From: the human T2T-CHM13v2.0 reference genome, Homo sapiens
NCBI RefSeq assembly: GCF_009914755.1
Contig: NC_060930.1
DNA length: 64,000 nucleotides
Reading direction: 5' to 3' (one strand)
The number at the start of each line of letters is the position of its first letter. The stretch's first letter is position 1. The notes beneath the pieces were generated by a model. That model made no database searches and was not told the DNA's origin. It saw only the letters and a program-made list of their open reading frames with translations. Shown piece by piece: positions 55,300-64,000 of the stretch. The translations under genes were made by a program, and so were the position numbers.

Positions 55300-55644
55300 A
55301 AGAAAAATGAGAAAACTTAAAAATCAGAAATGAAGGTGGAGACATTACAATTGATACCACAGAAATACAAAAGATCCTAAGATTGTTAGAAACAATTATA
55401 TACCAACAAACTGTATAACCTAGAAGTAATGTGTAACTTTCTAGACACAAATATCCTACCAAGACGGAATCATGAAAGAGTAAACCTGAACAGACCAATA
55501 ATACATAAAGACATTGAATCAACAAAGTTTTCCATCAAAGAAAACCCTAAGGCATGATGGCTTCGTTAATGAACTCTACCAAAAATTGAAAGAAGAATTA
55601 ATGCCAAGCCTTCTCAAATGCTTCTGATCATTAAAGATGAGGAA

Positions 55645-57918
55645 TGTATTAGTCAATTTTCACGCTGTTGATAAAGACATACCTGAGACTGGGAAGAAAA
55701 ATAGCTTTAACGGAGTCACAGTTCCAAGTGGCTGGGGAGGCATCAGAATCATAGTGGAAGGCAAAAGGCACTTCTTACATGGCAGCAGCAAGAGAAAATG
55801 AGACAGAAGTGAAAGTGGAAATCCCTTGTAAAACCATCAGATCTCGTGAGACTTATTCACTACCATGAGACAAGATGGGAGAAACCACCCCGGTGATTCA
55901 ACTATCTCCCACCAGTTTCCTCCCACAACACATGGGAATTATGGGGGCTATATTCAAGATGATATTTGGATGCGGACAAAGAGACAAACCATATTGTTCC
56001 ACCCCTAGCCCCTGCCAAATCTCATGTCCTCACATTTTAAAACCAATCATGCTTTCTCAACAAGTGCCCCAAAGTCTTAAAACTCTTTTCACCATTAACT
56101 CAAAAAGTCCACAGTCCAAAGTCTTATCCAAAATAAGGCAAGTCCCTTCCACCTATGAGCCTGTAAAATCAAAAGGAAGTTAATTACATCCTAGATACAA
56201 TGGGGTTACAGGCATTGGGTAAATACAGCAATTCCAAATGGAAGAAATTGTCCAAAACAAAGGGGCTACAGGCCTCATGCAAGTCCAAAATCCAGCAAGG
56301 CAGTCAAATCTTAAAGCTCCAAAATGACCTCCTTTGACTCCATGTCTCGCATCTGGGTCACACTGATAACAAGAGGTGGGTTCCCATGGTCTTGGGCAGC
56401 TTCGCCCCTGTGCCTTTGCAGGGTACAGCTTCTTTCCCAGCTGCTTTCACTGGCAGGTGTTGAGTGTCTGTGGCTTTTCCAGACACATGATGCAAGCTGT
56501 TGGTAGCACTACCATTCTGGAGCTTGGAGGATGGTGCACTCTTCTCACAGCTCCACTAGACAGCGCCCCAGTGGGGATTCTGTGTGGGGGTGCCCACCCC
56601 ATATTTCCCTCCTGCACTGCGCTAGCAGAGGTTCTTTATGAGAGTCCCACCCCTGCAGCAAACTTCTGCGTGGACATCCAGGCGTTTCTGTACATCTTCT
56701 GAAATCTAGGCAGAGGTTCGCAAACCTTAATTTTTGACTTTTGCGCTTGCTCAGGACCAACACCACATGGAAGCTGCCAAGGCTTGGTGCTTGCACCCTC
56801 TGAAGTCATGGTCTAAGCTGTGTCTTGGACCCTTTTAGTCACGGATGGAGCATCTGGGACACATGGCACCAAGTCCCTAGACTGCACATAGCAGTGGGAC
56901 CTTGGGCCTGGCCCATGACACCATTTTTTTTCCCTAGGCCTCTGGGTCTGTAATGGGGGTGGTTGCCCTGAAGGTCTCCCATGTCCTGGATAAATTTTCC
57001 CCATTGTCTTGGTGATTAACATGCAGCTCCTTGTTACTTACGTAAATTTCTGTAGCCAGGTTGAATTTCCTCTCAGAAAATGGGATTTTCTTTTCTATCA
57101 CATTGTCAGGCTGCAAATTTTTTTGAACTTTTATGCTCTGTTTCCCTTTTAAAACTGAATGCCTTTAACAGCACCCAAGTCATATTTTGAATGCTTTGCT
57201 GCTTAGAAATTTATTTTACCAGACACCCTAAATCATCTCGCTCAAGTTTAAAATTCCACAAATCTCTAGGGCAGGGGCAAAATGCTGCCATTCTCTTTGC
57301 TAAAACATAGCAAGAGTCACATTTGCTCCAGTTCCCAACAAGTTCCTCATCTCCATCTGAGACCATCTCAGCCTGATTTCATTGTCCATATCATTATCAG
57401 CATTTTGGTGAAAGCCATTTATCAAGTCTCTAGGAAGTTCCAAACTTTCCCACATTTTTCTGACTTCTGAGCCCTCCAAACTGTTCCAAACTCTGCCTGT
57501 TACCCAATTCCAAAGTTGCTTCCACATTTTCAGCAGCACCACATTTCTGGTGCCAATTTACTGTATTAGTCCACTTTCATGCTGCTGATAAAGACATACC
57601 TGAGACTGGGAAGAAAAATAGGTTTAATGGACTCACAGTTCCATGTGGCTGGGAAGGCCTCACAATCATAGTGGAAGGTAAAAGGCACTTCTTACATGGC
57701 AGCAGCAAGAGAGATTGAGACAGAAGCAAATGAGGAAACCCTTTTTAAAACAATCAGATCTTGTGAGACTTATTCACTACGACAAGAACAGTATGGGGGA
57801 ACCACCCCCCACCATGATTCAATTATCCCCCGACCTGGTCCCTCTCACAATATATGGGAATTATGGGAGTACAACTCAAGATGAGATTTGGGTGGGGACA
57901 CAGAACAAGACCATATAA
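55645..57918 (-). mobile_element. Complete THE1A-like MaLR element (5' LTR 57562-57918, internal 55997-57561, 3' LTR 55645-55996)
   Basis: Two colinear LTRs; internal region starts GTAAATTGGCACCAG and ends in PPT GGGGCTAGGGGTGGAA on the minus strand; 5-bp TSD AGGAA (55640-55644 / 57919-57923). Confidence 0.93.
57815..57825 (-). promoter_or_regulatory. DUX4-type motif TAATTGAATCA in the THE1A 5' LTR
   Basis: TGATTCAATTA on the + strand fits TAAYBBAATCA; binding is not shown. Confidence 0.5.
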
Positions 57919-60900
57919 AGGAAATAATTTTAAAATCATTTTATGAGGCCAACATTACCCTGATACCAAAGTCAGATATGTATAAGAAGAGAATATTACA
58001 GGCCAATGTTCCTCATGAATATAGATGCAAAAGTCCTCAACAAAATACTAGCAAAACAAATTTAAAAGCACATTAAAAAATCGTTCACTATGATAAAGTG
58101 GTATTTATCCCAGAAATGCAAGGATAATTCAACATACACAAATCTAATTTACCACATTAAGTGAATGCAGGATAAAAACTATATGATTATCTCAATCAAT
58201 AGATGCAGAAAAAGCATTGACAAAATTGAACATTCTTGATAAAAACTCTCAACCAATGAGGTGTAAAAGGAATTTATCTTAGCACAATATTGATCACATA
58301 AGACAAACCCACAGCTTACATCACACTCAACAGGAAAATATTGAAAGCTTTTCCTTTAAGATTGGGAATAAGACAGTGGTGCCCACTCCTGCCACATCTA
58401 TTCAACATTGTACTGTACATCAACGTACAATGTACTCAACATTGTATTCAACATTGTACTGTACATCCTAGACAGATAAATTTGGCAAGAGAAAGAAGCA
58501 AAAGGAATCTAAATTGGAAAAGAAGGTAAATTGTTTCTGTTTGCAGATGACGTGTTTTTATATATAGAAAACCCTAAAGATTTCACCAAAAAACTGTTAG
58601 AACTAATAAATGAAGTTAGTAAATTTGCAGGATACTAAGTGAATGTACAAAAATCATTAGCATTTCTATATAATAATAAACCATCCAAGAAATAAATCAA
58701 GAAAACTCTTGCATTTAAAATGACATCCAAATATAAAATAAAATGCTTAGGAATAAGTTTGACCAAGGAGGTAAAAACTTGTACGTGGAAAACTATAAAA
58801 CATTGAAAGAAACTGAAGAAGAAAAGTAAATGGAAAGATATTGTGCGTTCATAGACAAGAAGAATTAATAGTTAAAATGTTTATATTACCCAAGTAATTA
58901 AAAAATTCCATGCAATCCATATCAAAATTTCAATGACATATTCCACAAAAAAGGAAAAACAATTTTAAAATTTATATGGAACTACAAATGACTGCTAATA
59001 GCCAAAGCAATCCTGAACAAGAACAAATTTGAAGGCCTCACACTACCAGATGTCAAAATATACTACAAAGCTATAATAATCAAAACAATCCCATGCTGAC
59101 ATAAAAACAAACACATAGACTAATGGAATAGACTAGATAGCCCGGAACTAAAACCACACATTTACATTCCATTTCTTTTTGACAAAGAAGCCGATAACAC
59201 ACAATAGGGAAAGGAGTCTCTTCAATAAATGGTGTTAGGAAAACTGAAAATCCACATGCAAAAAATAAAATCAGACCCTCATTCCACACTATATCCAAAA
59301 ATCTACTCAAAATAGATTAAAGATTTAAATGTAAGACTAAAAAGTCTAAAACTACTACAAGTAAACATATGGGAAAAGCTCTATGACATTGTGCCAGGCT
59401 ATAATTTTTTGGCTATGACCCCAAAGCATAAGTGACAAAAGCAAGAATAGACAAGTGAGATTTCATCAAACTGAAAAAAACGTTTGCACAGAAAAGGAAA
59501 CAAAGTGAAGAGAAAACCTATAGAGTGCAAGAATCTATTTGCTAAGAACACATCTGATAAGAGGTTAATATTCAGAAGATGTAAGGAACTCAACTGAATA
59601 GCAGGAAAACAACCCAATTAAAAATAGGCAGAGGATCTCTGAGTAAACATTTCTGAAAAGACATACAAATGTTCAACAGTTTTATGAAAAATGCTCAATA
59701 TCACAAATCACTGGGGAAATTCAAATTAAAATCACAATAAGATATAACCTAATACCTTCTGGGATGGCAATTACAAAAAATACAAAAAGGTAACACTTGG
59801 TGAAGATGTAGAGTAAAGGGAACTCTTTCACACTGTTGGGAATATGAATTAGTAGAGCCATTATGAAAGACAATATAAAGTTTCTTCAAAAAAAACCCCT
59901 AAAAACAAGAACTACCATATGATCCAGCAATTTCACTTCTGAGTATGTTCACAAAGAAAATGAAATTGCTATGTCAAATAGATACCTGTATGCCTGTGTT
60001 CATTGCAGCATTAGCCACAATAGCCATCATATGGAATCAACCTAAGTGTCCATCAACAGGTGAATAGTTAAAGAAAACGTGGTGTATATATACACAATGA
60101 AATACTATTCAGCCTAAAAGAAAAGAAAATTCTGTCATTTGTGACAACATGGAAGAACCTGTAGGACATTTTATTAGAAATAAGCCATGTACAGAAAGAC
60201 AAATACTTCATGATCTCACTTATGTGTAGAATCTAAAAATTTGAAATCATAAAAATAGTAGAATGGTGTTTACTAGGGTCTGCTGAGGGTGAGGTGGATG
60301 TAGGCAGATTTTGGTCAAAAAATACAAAGTTTTAGGAAGAATAATTTCAATAGATCCATTGTACAACATGGGAACTATAGTTAATAACTATTATATCTTT
60401 AGAAGATCAATAAGAATAAATTATAAGTGTTCTCACCACAAAAAATAAGTATGTGAGGTAATGTTAATTAGCTTGATTTAGCTGTTCTACAAGGCAAATA
60501 TATTTCAAATGCTATAAATATATTTTATTTGTTAAATACATTTAAAAGTGTTTTTAAAGAAGAGATGTAATATGGTACTGTGGTTGGCTTTACTGTGAAT
60601 CACATTTACAAAGATATATTATAAATTTTTTTGGTTTAATTAAAAATAGTGATATAATACTTTGAGAGGCTGGGTAGGGACGGTTGAGTTGTAAGACTGT
60701 TTAATCCTTATCCATCCCTATTTTATTTACTAAAGTAATTAAAAAGTATATACCCGATTATATTAATGAGCAATGCAAATACTTTTTAAAACTGTAGTGC
60801 TAATTTAAATAATTTGAGTCAAAAGTGGTTTCTGAGTAAAGAGACAAAAGGTTTGGACAAGTGGGAGCAGTAAATCTTTTTTTAATATAACCTGTTTAGT

Positions 60901-60972
60901 ACTATTTCATTTTTAAATCATGTACATTTATTCAATAAGTGAAGTGTGTATTTCTGAACACATATATATATA

Positions 60973-61349
60973 CAGTTATTCCTTGAACATAGGTTTGAAC
61001 TATGTGAGTCCACTCATACATAGATTTGTTTTCTGCCTGTGCCACCTCCCCTCAGATTACTCAACATGAAGACCACTAGTTTGAAGACCTTTGTAATGAT
61101 CCACTTCCACTTAATGAATAGTAAATGTATTTTCTCTTATCATTTTCTTTCTTTAGCTTACTTTTTTGTTAAGAATACAACAAATAATGCATATAACATA
61201 AAATATTTGTTAATCAACTTTGTTATTGGTAAGGCTTCTATTCAACAGTAACCAACTGTTAAGGTTTTGGGAAGTCAAAAGTTACATGCAAATTTTCAAC
61301 TGTGCAGGGGTCTGCATCTCTAATCCCTGTTTTGTTCAAGGGTCCACTG
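60973..61349. mobile_element. Tigger2a (MER28)-like DNA transposon
   Basis: TIRs CAGTTATTCCTTGAACA / TGTTCAAGGGTCCACTG with TA on both sides. Confidence 0.88.
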
Positions 61350-61470
61350 TACATACATACATATACACATATAGATGTATATATGTATGTTTGTGAATAC
61401 TAAAATATATATGAAAAATGCATCTGTGGGTTTGAATGAAATTACCCAAGGTGTGGTATAAAAGCAGAAT

Positions 61471-63300
61471 TTTATTTTGCTGTGCAGAACTCTTTAATTA
61501 GATCCCATTTGTCAATTTTTGCTTTTTGTTGTAATTGCTTTTGGCAATTTCAACGTAAAATCATTGCACATGTCTATGTCCTGAATGGTATTGCTTAGAT
61601 TTTCTTCTAGGGTTTTTATAGTTTTGGGTTTTACATTCAAGTCTTTAATTTCTTGAGTTAATTCTTGTATAAGGTGTAAGGAAAGGTTTAGTTTCAATTT
61701 TCTGCATATGGCTAACCAGTTCTTCCAGCACCATTTATTAAATAGGGAATCCTTTCCCCCCTTGCTTGTTTTTGTCAGGTTTGTCAAGGATCAGATGGTT
61801 GTAGATGTCCGGTTTTATTTCTGAGCTCTCTATTTTGTTTCATTGGTCTATGTGCCTATTTTTGTATCAGTACAATGTTGTTTTGGTTCTTCTAGCCTTG
61901 TAGTAGAGTTTGAAGTTGGGTAGTGTGATGCATCTAGCTTTGTTCTTTTGCTTAGGATTGTACTGGCTATATGAGCTCTTTTTTGATTCCATATGAATTT
62001 TTAAATAGTTTCTTCTAATTCTATGAAGAATGTCAATGGTAGTTTAATGAGAATAGCATTGAATCTATACATTTCTTTGGGCAGTATGGACATTTTCATG
62101 ATATTGATTCTTCCTATGAAGCATGGAATGTTTCCATCTGTTTGTGTATTCTCTGATTTCCTTGACCAGTGGTCTGTAGTTCTTGAAGAGGTTCCTCACT
62201 TTCCTTGTTGCTGTATTCCTAGGTATTTTATTCTCTTTGTGGCAATTGTGAATGGGAGTCATTCATGATTTGGCTCTCTGCTTGTCTGTTTTTGGTGTAT
62301 AGGAATGCTTGTGATTTCTGTATATTGATTTTGCACAGCAAAATAAATTATCAGAGGAAACAGACAACCTATAGAATGGGAGAAAGTTTTTGAAATCTAT
62401 CCATCTGACAAAGGTCTAATATCCAGAATGTACAAGGAACTTAAGCAAATTTACAAGAGAAAACAAATCAACCCCATTAAAAAGTGGGCAAAGGACATTA
62501 ACAGACACTTCTCAAAAGGAGACATACATGCAGCCAAGAAACATATGACAAAAAGCTCAACATCACTGATCATTAGAGAAATGCAAATCAAAACCACAGT
62601 GAGATGCCATGTCACACAGTCAGAATGGCAATTATTAAAAAGTCAAGAAACAACAGATGCTGGCAAGGTTGCAGAGAAATAGGAACACTTTTACACTGTT
62701 GGTGGGAATGTAAATTAGTTCAACCATTGTGGAAGACAGTGTGGTGATTCCTCAAAGATTTAGAACTGGAAATACCATCTGATCCAGCAATCACATTGTT
62801 GGGTGTATACCCAAATGAATGTAAATCATTCTATTGTAAATATACAAGCACATATATGTTCATTGCAGCACTATTCACAATAGCAAAGACATGAAATCAA
62901 CCCAAAGGCCCATCAATGATAGACTGCATAAAGAAAATGTGGCACATATACACCATGGAATACTGTACAGCCATAAAAAGGAACAGGATCATGTTCTTTG
63001 CAGGGACATGGATGAAGCTAGAAGCCATTATCCTCAGAAAACTAAAGCAGGAACAGAAAACCAAACACTGCATGTTCCCAATAGGTGGGAGCTGAATAAG
63101 TACGCATGGACACAGGGAGGGGAACAACACACACTGGGGCTTGTGTGGGGAGTGCATCAGGAAAAATAGCTAATTCATGCCAGGCTTAATACCTAGGAGG
63201 TGAGGGATAGGTGCAGCAAACCACCATGGCACACATTTACCTATGTAACGAACCTGCACATCCTGCACATGTACCGTGGAACTTAAAAGTAAAAACAAAA
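61471..63300 (+). mobile_element. L1PA11-14-like element with 5' inversion (inverted 61471-62331, sense 62332-63300)
   Basis: Antisense ORF2 switches to sense at TTTTG|CACAGC; 3' UTR GCATCAGGAAAAATAGCTAAT...GCAGCAAACCACCATGGCACAC. Confidence 0.9.
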
Positions 63301-64000
63301 TCCACAGAGAAAAATGTCTTTCATTATAATCTCAAAGGATTACTTGACTCCTCCAAACAAATAAACTAGTGATTTGTGACAGTAGGTGCAAGTTAACATC
63401 CTTTGGCCAAATCTATCCTTCAGATATGTTTTCTTTGGTTACAAAGTGTTTTAAGAGTTTTGCATTTATATACATTTTGTCTGACAATGCATTGTTCAAT
63501 TTAGCACAGCCCTTCACACTTTCTAGCTTTCAACGTCTGGCTTACTTTACACAAGAAAGTTCCCTGCCTCATTCCAGAGGCATTTGATTTGTAATTCCTG
63601 GGCAAGTGAATACTATGGGGATGGGGAGACAAGGAAATGTCCATAAGAACCTGGGGACAGGGTAAAGGAGACAAAAGTTTCAAAACAGAGTAGATAATTC
63701 AATGGTAAAATTAGGCAACTAAAACTCATAATTGGAATTATCACAGACTCTAAGCTAGGTTAGCCACCTTTTTACTTTCAGTGCTAACCCCTGCTAATCT
63801 TTTGGGGGTGTTAGCTGATGCTATATATCAAATCCAGTTGAGCTCATTAAATATAATTACACATAGAGAACATTTACTGCAGTCATGCAAATTATAAAGA
63901 TATACACACACCTGTGTTCTATAAATGATTTGTTTTATCTATAATATGGTGAAATTATGGTACATTGTAATGAAGAAATGCAAGGCTTTCCCTAATACTT

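Larger units (their letters stand above)
52505..60548 (+). mobile_element. Long L1MA (L1MA5-7-like): ORF1 end, ORF2 and 3' UTR, degraded; hosts an L1PA4 and a THE1A
   Basis: ORF1 end AAAGCTGAGCACATTCATCACC; EN GTAAATGGATTAAATTCTCC; RT TTTGCAGATGAC (FADD); 3' UTR TTCTCACCACAAAAAATAAGTATGTGAGGTAATG. Confidence 0.85.

Noticed and set aside
55875-57542. ORFs in the THE1 internal region
   Set aside because: Short fragments on both strands; the MaLR internal ORF is disrupted

Overview
AT-rich primate (human-like: AluJ/S/Y, L1PA, THE1) genomic DNA that looks intergenic or deep-intronic. I see no credible protein-coding exon, RNA gene or CpG island. The longer ORFs in the track fall in repeats or are short AT-rich noise. 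Well over half the window is layered transposon fossil: ten Alus; old L1M elements, including a near-full-length minus-strand L1MB at ~19.4-25.9 kb and a long plus-strand L1MA at ~52.5-60.5 kb; younger L1PA insertions; two solo ERV1 LTR1-type LTRs; a complete LTR-int-LTR THE1A element; several MaLR/ERVL LTRs; Tigger/MADE1/MER5 DNA transposons; and MIR/L2 relics. Subfamily names are from memory of consensus sequences, not a RepeatMasker run. I did not find a new biological system. The most unusual signals are: (1) an AluY whose A-rich linker carries a dense A>G cluster resembling fixed ADAR hyper-editing; (2) a series of local templated duplications, inverted and direct, inside old L1s; (3) an intact THE1A with a DUX4-type motif in its 5' LTR; (4) a textbook twin-primed L1; and (5) two same-orientation but independent LTR1-type solo LTRs.
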